A DNA stretch of 63,929 nt, filler included, from Elsinoe ampelina (taxonomy: Eukaryota): the NCBI GenBank assembly GCA_010093995.1. It is 3 parts of 3 records of this genome, joined end to end, with 100 filler letters (N's around TTAATTAATTAA, not from the genome) between each part and the next. Parts side by side here need not be neighbours in the genome. Positions count along the whole stretch, not along the records: positions 1 to 31,288 come from ML992553.1; 2 more parts are not named here. The stretch is one strand, 5' to 3'. The notes below the pieces were generated by a model. That model did not search any database. It saw only the letters and a list, made by a program, of their open reading frames with translations, and had not been told where the DNA came from. This document shows positions 1 to 10,924 of this stretch, in pieces; positions within the stretch are counted from its first letter, which is position 1, and the number at the start of each line of letters is the position of its first letter. The position numbers were made by a program, and so were the translations under genes.

Positions 1-3000
1 TTCTTTTAGTTTCTATAGTACTTTACGAATATGTCCTATATGTTTATTATATATCTTTAAGAAGATAATAATATTATCTAAATATACCGAGACAAAATCG
101 TTAAGGTATTCTTATAGAGTATTATTAATTAACTCTTAGAAGGTTATAGGAGTATTAGTTAACCTAAAGAGTATAACAAGGTACTTATATAGACCTTATT
201 ACGTTCTAAAAGCTATCTTCTACTCCTCGCTCTCCTTTATTTATACTTAATAATAGACGTCTCTAATGTTAATTATAGTAAACTATTTAGCTCTAAGTAG
301 TCGGTCTTAAAGTTCGTTAATTCTTAGTAGAGAATAGTAATTCTTTCTAGTAAGTGTATTAAGTTTCTAGTAATTAATATATATTCGTAACGTTCTATTC
401 TTTTTTAGTATAAAAAGCACTCTATATGTAATAAGTAATTTTAATAGTCGTATAAATCCTTTAAGTAAGTACTTATCGATATAGTTCTTAAGAACATTCT
501 CCTCTTATTTCGATAGTAGTATAAGACCTTAATAGTGTATTAGAGATTTACCTTCTTCGAAAGGTATTTCGTAATTCTATAGTTTATATTAGAGTAAGGC
601 TATAATACCTTCTCTTTCTTTAAATAAGTCCTCGAAGTCTTTATATTCTAGCGGAAGTACTTAATTACTTATACTAGCGATAGCTCTAACTATTAGTTAT
701 ACCTATACTATTCTTATAGTTAGTATCTATAGAGCTAATTATACTCTCTATATTCTATAATTGTACTTAGGGAATTCGAGTGTTTCTTTAATCTAGTCTA
801 CGTCTAGATTGTATTATTAAAGCTAGTCTATACTAAGTACTATATTATACTATATATTAACTATATTAATTAATTATTTTTCCGTGTATATTTTAATTTA
901 GATTATAACGTTTTATAGTTCCTAAGTAACTTTCCTGTTCTTCTCTATAGGGGTTCTATCTACTATAGTAAGTAGATAAGGTAACTCCTTCTAGTGTTAA
1001 TAAGGTTTAAGCTAATTAGTAACTATTATAGAGACGTAGCTATAGTTAGCTCCTAAATCTATTATTACTCTTACTTTACTCTCTTATATTTCGACTTCTA
1101 GTATAAAGTAGTTTAATATATAGATCTTTATTATATTAAGGCTTTAGCTAGTATTATTATCTTACCTTATTAGGCGATAACTAGCTAGTTTTTTGTTATT
1201 ATAGCTCCTTAGATAAGTAGCTAATTCCTTCCTACACGTATCTACTATTAGTACTATATCTATTAAGTAAGTTATGTTTTGTCGCTATTTAATATAGTAA
1301 GGTAAACTTCTAGCGCCTAAGTCCCTTAGTAACTATAAAGTCTAATAATTCTCTACTAGTTATACTAAGTAGTGTTATATACTTATATAGGTATAACTAT
1401 TTCTTCTAGGTATAGCTAGGCGTTAGTATTAAAGACAAAAACAAGTTATATAGATTTATCTTATTATATCCTATTCTAGTAGTAGGTATATATTATTATA
1501 TAATTCCTCTATATCTCTATAAGGTATACTTTAAGTCGTCTACCTAATAGTAGTACGTTATTATTATTATTATTAGATAAGTCCTTATCTATATTATTAT
1601 ATCGTAGTTATTTAGTATATTCTTTATTATATTTCTCTTCGTCGCTACTATCTCTAGTATAGTTATAGTTAGTAAGGCTATACTAAGTATATTCTTTTAC
1701 TTAGCTATAGGGAATAGTACTACCTATCTCGATTACTAAGAAGTCTATAGTATATTTAAGACTAATAGCGTCTTCTTTAAGTATATTATATAAGTAGATA
1801 GTATAGTACTATTTATAATTTAAATTTGTATATTTCTAGAGCGATATATAATACGCCTTTCCTTATAGTTCGCTATAAGAGCTAAAGGTAAGACTACTAT
1901 ATTATTATATAGTACTTGTATTCTAATACTTTGTCTCGATAATCGTATATTAGTAATTGTTACTAACTACCTTCTAAGGTTAGTTAATGTTACTACTAAT
2001 TATAGAGAGCCTTTCTAGATTAAGCCTCTAGTCTAGCTATTTTATTAGTTATTTACGCTTAGATAGCTTATATAGGAACTAACTAGATCTCTACTTATCT
2101 AATAAGTAAATATAACAAGAGTTATTATAATATACTATCTATAATAGCGTTACGTTTTAGCTTTATTATTTGCTATTAGTCGTAGAGATATTAAGTATAA
2201 TATCTAGAGAGAATTCTATTACCTCTTAAGTCGTTATAGACCTCTTCTATGTTTCCTTACCTACGCTAAAGGTCGTTAGGTCTTCTATAGTAGTGTCGGC
2301 CTTTTTTTCTACTAGCCCGGCAACTATTATATATAATTTATTAGCTGGCGCCTCTTATCGGTAGTCCCTAGCCCGATACCTAAGTCTTTTATACTTAAAA
2401 TATAAATTATCTCGTCTATACTTCTCTCTCTCTTTTCTACTAAGGAACTTTCTTCTACGACTATAGCCTCGTACCTATAAGAGGTAGCCTTCGTGTATAG
2501 TATTAAGTTCTATAGAGTCTCTATAGTTTCGAGAGAAACGTATATATCTAGTATTTACCTTATATTCTCTATAACGTTCTATATATCGTTTATAAAGTCT
2601 ATTATCGATAGTAATCGTAGTGTCTACTAGTTCCTAAAGGCTATTAGGCAGCTCGAGTATTATTTAGTCTTTAACTAAGTCGCTTAGTCCTTAATAGAAT
2701 ACTAAGTGTTTAGTACTATTGTCTTAGTCTAGGTATATTACGAGTTATTAGAACTAGGAATAGTACTAGGCTATAGACCTACGTTATTATAATTGTTAGA
2801 TCTTTATTATAGCGATATATTCTTTATTAGATACGTTAAAGACTTACTTAATCTTTGCCTAGAAGATGCTAAAGCTCTTAAAGATAGCCTTTATATCTAG
2901 GCCTAGTTATCTATCTAGGTAGCTACTTATATAAGGCTTAAACTACTCGAAGGCGGCGCCCTTAAAGTGTATTCTAGTATAGAGGACCTTTACTACGTCG

Positions 3001-3749
3001 TTACTATACTTGTCTCTCTCTAGGGCGAAGAAGACTTTAAGTTAAATAAGAAAGTGCCTTAAGTAGACGTAGTCTCTATAGAAGAGTTCTATCTTTAACT
3101 TAGGCCTACTTCGTCCTTCTATACTAAAAGACCTTCTATATTTACTCGAGGTTAAACTAGTAGTAGATATATCGTTAATAGTAAGCTTTTCTAGCTTACT
3201 AGTAATTGAAGATACTAATAGTAACTTAGAGTAAGAGTTACTTATTAACCTTATAGCGTGCTATACTATAGTAAGAGTAGTTAAAATGTTACGAACTATC
3301 TAAATATAGCTTATACTAGTAGTCTAAGCTAAGCTAGGAACGAGGTAGTTCTACTTCTATAGTAGTATAGTACTAAGGTAAGAGTCGAAGAAGGTATATC
3401 TTATAGATAATAAAGTATAATTAGATAGTATTATAAAGGCTAGCCTTAGTAATACTAGTATTCGCTATCTAGACAAGGTTAACTATAGTACTTATATAAG
3501 GTAAGAACTATTCCTATATATATATATTCTCTATTATATTCTCTATATACTCTATATACTCCGTAGCGAGAGTCGGGGGTAATATAGAGTATACGTCTAC
3601 TAGTAACCTATGTGCTCTATAGTTTTAGAGGTAGAGCTACTAGAGAAGATAGAGAACTAAGTAAATGTCGAGCTAGGTTACGTAATAATCTTAGTAGCTT
3701 AATTAGTCCTAACGTCTCTATATTCTAGCTGTCCTACTAGTTCGTAACA
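1..3749 (-). mobile_element. RIP-inactivated Ty3/Gypsy LTR retrotransposon (5' LTR, gag, protease, RT; runs off the left edge)
   Basis: Minus-strand translation with RIP stops. Gag zinc knuckle YFKYKRLRYRARDY (de-RIP CFKCGRPGHRARDC) at 2361-2402. Protease VIIDLGAN (=DSGA) near 1050-1065 and YNIVLSID*L (=YDIVLGMDWL) near 800-840. RT 660-1 includes VLFILKKNRTLRIYINY*KLN, AFRT..GLYKYLVILFRLTNTP and VYLDNIIIF (YLDD at 73-84). PR-RT order is that of Gypsy. Confidence 0.93.
3287..3749 (-). repeat. Gypsy 5' LTR (463 bp)
   Basis: Perfect 12-bp terminal inverted repeat TGTTACGAACTA (3287-3298) / TAGTTCGTAACA (3738-3749) with TG...CA ends. Copia homology starts immediately at 3750. Confidence 0.88.
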
Positions 3750-5004
3750 CTTAATCTTTAACTTTCTTAGTCCTTAACTTACTACCTCTACCTTTAGCTT
3801 TAGTACTTTTATTATTTAACTTACCTTTATTATTTCTCTTATTTTAATTCTTTAGTACTTTCTTAGGGTACTACTTAAAACAATCTATATTAGAGTAGAT
3901 ATAATAAGTACACTAAGTGTATTAATCCTTAATATAACTAGCTACTCTATAGATAGAGTTTAGATTAGTTCTTCTATTATATAGGGGCTTCTATATTCTA
4001 AGAGAGTCTATTATCTCTTTAAGACTCTTCTTATAGTTAAGGCTAGATCTCTAGCTCCTTAACTATTTAGTAGTCTCTATTCCTATAATAAACATAGTCT
4101 TAATATAATATAGAGAAAGCCTAAACTTATCTAGTTTAGTACTAATAGTACTTACTCTTTACTCTATAGTAATAGTGTATTAATAATAGTACTTTATAAA
4201 ATCTTTATAGTACCTTTAGGTGTTATAAGTTATTATAACTACCTTATTAAGGTTATAGATAGCTATATATAGCTTATATATAATAATAGATTTAAATATA
4301 GCTTTAATAGTGTCTAGAAGTTCCTTTAAAGTCTTCTAAGTTATACTATAGTAAGGTCTAATAGATTTATAAATTCTTATTATAATAATACTATAAGTAA
4401 TTCTATTATTCTTATACTAGGTCTTATTTCTAACTTTATAGATTACCTTAGTGCCTTTACTAGTATTAGGGGCTAGTTCCTTAGGCTTTATAACTACTAG
4501 TATCTAGTCGATGCTATAGATTATATATCTAAGTATATCCTTTTTAAGGAGAGCTACCTTAAGAGTTAATCTCTAAGTATTATAGTTGCTCTCTCTCTTA
4601 AGAATCTAAGTCTTAAGCATTTTTACTAATCTAGATATAATAATAGTAATTAGCTAAAGGCCTATTAATTTAATTAATGTAATTAGCTTGTTTAAGCTGT
4701 TTAAGCTATTTAATTAAAGAGTTAATACGGGCTACTATAAGTGTTTATCTTAATGTAGCTAGTCTAGAATTTAGTATAGGTAGCTTATTAATTCTTTTTA
4801 ATAATAACACGCTTAATTTGCTATAGCTTTAAGTGCTTTTAAAGAAGCGCCGGGCTTATAACCTATTATAACTAGCAAATCGGATCGAGAGACGTGTGTT
4901 TTATTTAGTGAGTTACAATAACCGATTATCTACTATGTGTGTGCTAACTTATTAGTACTAGTTCTTTAGTACTAGAGAAGCTGTACCAGTCCTCTATTAC
5001 AACA
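3750..5004 (-). mobile_element. RIP-inactivated Ty1/Copia family A, 5' part (LTR 4864-5004, PBS, gag), interrupted by the Gypsy
   Basis: 3750-4146 is the reverse complement of 62336-62732, which continues into Copia integrase motifs. The 141-bp LTR has ends TATTATAA (RIP of TGTTGTAA)...TTACAACA. Minus-strand PBS GGTTATAAGCCCGG (=GGTTATGAGCCC) lies at about 4850-4863. Confidence 0.85.
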
Positions 5005-6130
5005 ACCTCCTGCAAAGAGCAATCCAAATTGCTACAAATCACATTCTGGTGTGACATATAATTCCATTCATCCTTGCTTCTGTGTCTGGGGATAGTGTTC
5101 GAAATATGCTCAAAATGCTTCAAATGTGCTCAAGATGAGGTGTGTGCATGCGCCCAGCTGCGAGGACAAGAGCATATATGTATAAGATACTTCGCCAGCT
5201 CGAGCAATTGGCAACAATCTGATGCTTTGCCCATGTTGGATTGCTGTCAAACAGCAGAGACATGTCCCCGCAGTGCCCGCCCCTCGCATTCAACCCCTTC
5301 AAGCAAATATAGTCGAGCACGAGCCGACAACGACTGCCAACTCACGATGAAACGATATACATTCCGGCAATGTTATCCGTGAAGAACGCTCGAGACGATT
5401 GAATGATCTTCCAGTTCATCTACATTGCTTTACCGAGATACATATCACGACGATCTGGCTGGCATCGGCCAATATCACAATACGGCTGTGCAGGCCAAGC
5501 CGTCCTTCCCAGAGCGCAGCAAGCGTCGAAACCGCCACCAACGGAATTCCGGGTCTTGCCACGAAAAGAGGCTCAAGGAAGTTACACCAGAAGCACGGAA
5601 GAACAAGTGCGGTGTGGCCAAGCTCGGGTGGAATTGGTACCTTCCTCAATGAAGATGGCGTCCAAGCAATCTGCATCTGAGGCAATTTGTGCGTAAGCAG
5701 CTGGTTGGCTGCAACGCCCTGCCAAGTCCTCTCCAAGCCCCGCTACCAAACGCGGGCGTGAGCTTGGCTATCTTACTTTGCACTCTCTTTCTTTTCTGTT
5801 CGCCATCTCGCGTGCTGTTATCGGTTTGTCTGGTCGACAGTCCCTGTCCTTTCATTTAGTTCGGCTTCCAAGCATTGATCAGTTGCACTGCACTTCTGCA
5901 AATCATTTCCCCACCGAAAGACCACGCACGCGGCAAGTCTTCCTGATGCCCCTGATAGGAAGGTAAGGCATGTATGTATGGTAGGTGCTTGTGAGAATTG
6001 TTGAGCACAACAGCTACCTGTATATAACAACCTGCGCCGCGTTGTCCTGTTCGAACCACGGCCAACTTCTATCCCATCCGCCAGTCACTTTTGGGAGCCT
6101 CTTTCGATTCATTTCGTAACTTCATACACC

Positions 6131-7644
6131 ATGAAGTTCTCCGCCATTGCCCTCCTTGCTACGGGGGCTTCGGCCCTCTCGTACTCCAAGGAGGAGTATG
6201 CGAGCGGTGCGGTCCACCAGAGCATCATGGATGCTAAGCACGTCAGTACATGGACCTAGATGGGGGCCCACAGTATTCTAACAATTGGCAGGCTTCGTGG
6301 GATCGCCAACGCGCTGCCGGAGAGATGGACGCCGCTCAGTATCCCGCCCTCGACGCTGATGTCGTCAAGTGCGTTGACGGACTCGCGGTCGTTGAGGCTG
6401 GCAACCCAAACCAGACTTTCAGGTGCAATAACATTGACCTGTACGACTTCAAGAGCCATGCAGACCTTGGTTCCTTCCTCGGTGAGGGTTCTGGATCATG
6501 GGGATGGACAGCCGCCGACGGCCGCGAGTTCGGTGTTATCGGTCAGGCCGATGGTGCTGCCTTCGTCGAGATCACACCTGAGGGCAAGCTCGTCTATCTC
6601 GGACGTCTTCCTCAATCCTCCGTGCCCATCATTTGGCGCGAGATCCGCGTTTACCGCAGCTACGTTATCATTGGCTCCGAGGCTGTCGGCCACGGTATCC
6701 AGATCTTCGACCTGAACCGCCTCTTGACCATTGACCCAGCCAACCCAGTCAACTTCTCCACCACTGCTGACATCACCGGCTTCTTCAACAATTCGGCCTA
6801 CCTTCCCGTCGGTCGTGCTCACAACGTCCACGTCTCCGACTCCAACTACATCCTTGCCATGGGTGCCCAGCCACGCAACACCACTTGCAGGTCTGGTCTT
6901 GTCTTCATCAACATGGACAACCCAGCTCGTCCTAACGCTACTGGATGCGCCAGTGCCGATGGTTACACCCACGACGTTGAGTGCCTCGTTTACAAAGGAC
7001 CTGATACTCGCTACGTCGGCAAGGATATTTGCTACGCCAGCAACGAGGATACTTTGACTATCTGGGATGTGTCGAATAAGAGCGGCTTCAATGCGTCTAA
7101 GATCATCTCCCGCACGCCTTACTTCGGCGCCAGATACACTCACCAGTCTACCGTCATCGACAAGGAGTGGCAAGACTACCTTCTCATCGACGATGAGTTG
7201 GATGAGACTAACCGGGTCGGGCCAGCTGCCGATCAGTTTCCTGTCACGTACATTCTTTCCCTAGCCGACCTCGAGAAGCCAGTCAACACTGGTATCTACA
7301 AGTCGAAGGCGTTCTCCATCGACCACAACCAGTACGTCTGGGACGGTCTTGACTACCAGTCCAACTACGGTGCCGGTCTCCGCGTCCTTGACGTGTCCAC
7401 CATCCGTGCCGACCCCACTGGCAACTCCATCGAGGAGGTCGCCTTCTTCGACATCTACCCAGAGGACGATGCCCTTCCCAACGGTGGTATCATCGACTTC
7501 GTCGGTACCTGGTCGCACTACGCTGGCTTTGCTTCCGGCAACATCCTCGTCAACACTATTGAGCGTGGCGCCTTCGTCGTCAAGCTTAGCCAGTTCCCCG
7601 CCAGGGGCTACGGCAGGTACACCAAGAAGATCAGGGCTGCATAG
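6131..7644 (+). CDS. Secreted choice-of-anchor B family protein (fungal 'regulatory P domain' type beta-propeller)
   Basis: ATG at 6131 with signal peptide MKFSAIALLATGASALS. Intron 6242-6291 (GTCAGT..CTAAC..CAG) joins in frame to the 464-aa ORF. Family motifs GSWGW, HGIQIFD, AHNV, YTHD, YTHQ, DDELDE, IDHNQY, SNYGAGLRV, GTWS. Confidence 0.85.
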
Positions 7645-8506
7645 ACGCGCCTTGTCCAACATCAGAACATGCCTGTATATAGTGCATAATGTTTGCAATG
7701 AGAAAAGTATTACTACCACTTCTGTGCCCTGATATATCCGCGTGAAGTCTGGTGGCGTTGGCCGCAGTCAGGTGCTTGATCTCCACCCTCCCCTTTCCTC
7801 TGCACGACCACATATTGTCACACTAGAGTGCTCACTTGCACAATGAACAGTACTAAACACAATCTATGCCATTACTTGGTATGAAAGCAGTAGTGTCGCC
7901 GTCGTACAGCTCAGCATCCTTGTACCCCCTTCTGATGTGGACTTCGGCCTAATGCACTCGGTCAACTGTTCAGGACAACATTCAATGGCGAAGCACGATC
8001 GCATAATGCTTGTCTTCTCAAAGACGGCCGTATCGGACCGGATATGACCAGCGAAGACACAGAGCTTCACGGCCGTAACTGGTTCCGGGCGGCATGTCAG
8101 CATAGCGCTGACCAACCTCATCTCCTTCCTCTCACTGGCATCTGGTAGGGACAGTGCCCCGCACACTCCTGCGCATGTCATAATTCTGCACACCCACAGT
8201 ATGAGTGTTGATCAGTCTCAAATGGGCTCAACTGTCAGCAATTCGCAGCATCAAATCTCCCCCAGTTCTCTAGCATCGGAATCTTATCAGCCGCGACTAT
8301 ACCATAAGAGTCACACAGACAGCTTACCCAGACGCTAGCATTTCCCAAACCGCAGTTGGCCCCGACAGCCTCTCCAGGAGTCCATAAGTACATCCCCTGC
8401 GCCCAACCTCCACATCTCAACGCCACTCTCTCATCACCCCATCACTACCCACAACCCCAGGCTTGCTCCACCCACCATCAATCAACACCGCAGACTCCAC
8501 CAACCC

Positions 8507-9768
8507 ATGTCCATCCACCTCGTCTCCCCCACCACCCCGACCTCCCACCTCACCCTCCCCCTCCCCTCAAACCTCCACTCCATAACCCCGCCCACCTCCC
8601 ACCTCCCCCCCTCCCTCCTCCCCCCATCCACCCTCCGCCTCCTCCCTTCCCTCGTCAGCCTCTCAACCAACAACCTCACCTACCACGCCCTCGGCGCCCG
8701 TCTAGGCTGGCACAACGCCTTCCCATCCCCTCTCGCTTCCCATCCCCCAGAGACCAACATCGTCGTCCCCGCATGGGGCTACGCCGCTGGTCTCTCCTCC
8801 ACTATCCCTTCCCTGAAGCCAGGGGTGAAGGTGTGGGGTTTCTGGCCCCTCTCTTCCGCGCCCGTAGATCTACAGCTACAGCCCGCGGGGGAGGTGTTGG
8901 GAGCAGGGCTAGGGGTGGAGGGCCACTGGGTGGAAGTCTCCGAGCAGAGAAGGGGTTTGATGGGGCTTTATAACCGGTATGTCGTCCGGGATGAGGAGGC
9001 AGGAGAGGAGATAGGGAGGGAAGCAGACGTGAGGGTCAGCGTGAGGCCGGTGTGGGAGTTGGGGCATTTGTTGGGGTGTGTCTTCCCGTCTGCAGGGAGG
9101 CGAAAGGGGGTGGGGAGGAGCCGGTTGGGCCGATGGGAAGGGTGGGTGCGCCTTGGGGCGAAGAAGACGGGGAGCTCGCGGGGGCGGTGGTGGTGGTTCT
9201 TGGGGCGGCGGGTAAGACGGGGAGGTCGGTTGGGTGGGCTTTTAGGGGGAGAGTGGAGAGGGGAGAGGTGAAGGGTTTGGTGTTGGCTTCTGGTGATGTG
9301 AGGGGGTTGAAGGAGGTGAATGCGGGGAAGAAGGGGACGGAGGTGGTGGCGTATGCTGGGGTGCGGGAGAAGGTCGTTGAGGTTGTGGAGAGGACGGGGG
9401 CGAAGAGAGTGGTGATTATCGACAGTGGTGCGCCTGGGACTACTGGGCCGGACCTGGTGGCTGCTGTTGAGGGCAAGGCAAATGTCATGGTCATGTTTGT
9501 CGGGTGCAGCCCGACGACGTATGACGGTATTAGCAAGGATGTCAAGAAGGTGCAGGCCAATGCCAGCGATATCAGGGATGAAGCGATGGAGAGGGTTGGC
9601 GCAGAGAAGTACTTCAAGGATGTCGAGGAGGATTGGGAAGCATACTATCAGGCGGAAGGTGGTACATGGACGATCGACAGGCGGAAGGGGATCGAGGGCG
9701 TGAAGAAGTCCTGGAGTGAGCTCGTGGATGGTGGATTAAAGACAGCGGTGGTCGTTGATCTTGCATGA
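8507..9768 (+). pseudogene. DUF2855 family gene split by a -1 frameshift near 9090-9115 (pseudogene, sequencing error or recoding)
   Basis: ORF 8507 has the N-terminal DUF2855-like motifs (SLSTNNLTY, VPAWGYA, VWGFWP, LYNRY, RPVWELGHLL). ORF 9052-9768 in the -1 frame has the C-terminal motifs (PVGP..W, VVVLGAAGKTG, QANASDIRD, GIEGVKKSW). No intron of plausible size bridges them. Confidence 0.7.
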
Positions 9769-10582
9769 TGCCTTCTGTCAATAGTACGAGGACAAAGCCC
9801 GGCGAAGACGACAATCGCGCACGCGCAGTAGATGAGCCTGACGGAGCGGGAGACATATGAAAGAGGTTTCAATCTCTCGCTAGATCTGCCTATTGTCAGA
9901 CCAGCACTTGCCAGGAAGATATAGCAACATCGTAGAAGCAAGATCTCCAAAGTCTATCAGTCAGCTACCAGTCCATGAGCATCTTCCTAGACTCCTTCAC
10001 TGCTCGCTAGACATTGTCGGAGGCAGCGCGTGACGTACAATGTTTACCCCGCCATATGTCACCATGTCTCGTGCCACCAACCCTTTATCAATCGGCTGCT
10101 GTTGTTGTCAGGTATTGGTCATGGCCGACAAACATTCGATCAAAGCGAGTATGTACGCTCACTCATTTGCTGCTGGTCGCCGAATGAGCCACAGCTTTGC
10201 GTACTTAGTGAATGGACAAGGGCGTAGCAAAAGCCACACTCGGAAGGAGGCCTGAAGGACATTTGGACACCACACTGTTGGATGAAAGCGATGCTCACGT
10301 CCGAGATGAGGACGCAGCGTGAAAAAGGATGACTGTGGGTTATCCTACCAGCATGAAGACTGAATATAGAGGCACGTGAGCATTGAAAGGGAACGTGACG
10401 GCGAATAATTGTCGAGGTACCTAGCCTGTAGAAGCTCTCTTCACTTCGCTTCGCGACACTGTCAGGACGGGACTGCTACGACACGACAAGAATGGAATAA
10501 ACCAAGAACAACACTGTATCACGCGGGAAGGGCAACGAGCACCCAAAGTTGCTCTAGCAAAACCGTAATCCTTGTGACATCC

Positions 10583-10924
10583 GGGGAATGCTATTTACCC
10601 CCCCGTTTTTTGCTAGATACCCCCCCCCCCCCCCAAGGCGCTAGTGCGCGGGAGGCTGAACTTATTTTACGTGCCCCTACTCACGGTATATACTTAACAC
10701 CTGCCTAGCGGCGAGCGACCTAGCTAAAGATCTGTCCGGCTCGCACGAGCGTAGCGAGTAAGAGCATATATCCTTTTTATAAGGATTTAGTCCTTATAGA
10801 ATAGTAGATTCTACGTAGATTGTTAAGTAGTTCGATTAAGGTTTAGAGCTACGGGCTACTCCCGCGTGGTAGCGCCTTGGAGGGGGGTATCTAGCAAAAA
10901 ACGGGGGGGTAAATAGCATTTCCC
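10583..10924. mobile_element. Mutator-superfamily MITE (342 bp)
   Basis: About 70-bp TIRs (GGGGAATGCTATTTACCCCCCCGTTTTTTGCTAGATAC... / ...GTATCTAGCAAAAAACGGGGGGGTAAATAGCATTTCCC). Exact 9-bp TSD GTGACATCC at 10574-10582 and 10925-10933. No coding capacity. Confidence 0.92.

Noticed and set aside
5074..6065. Short overlapping ORFs between the Copia LTR and the choice-of-anchor gene
   Set aside because: No motif, signal peptide or splice structure that I can support.
8356..8973. 205-aa Pro/His-rich ORF (also the similar ORFs 19696-20520 and 19982-20662)
   Set aside because: Alternative-frame or antisense shadows produced by C-rich, stop-poor composition over real genes.
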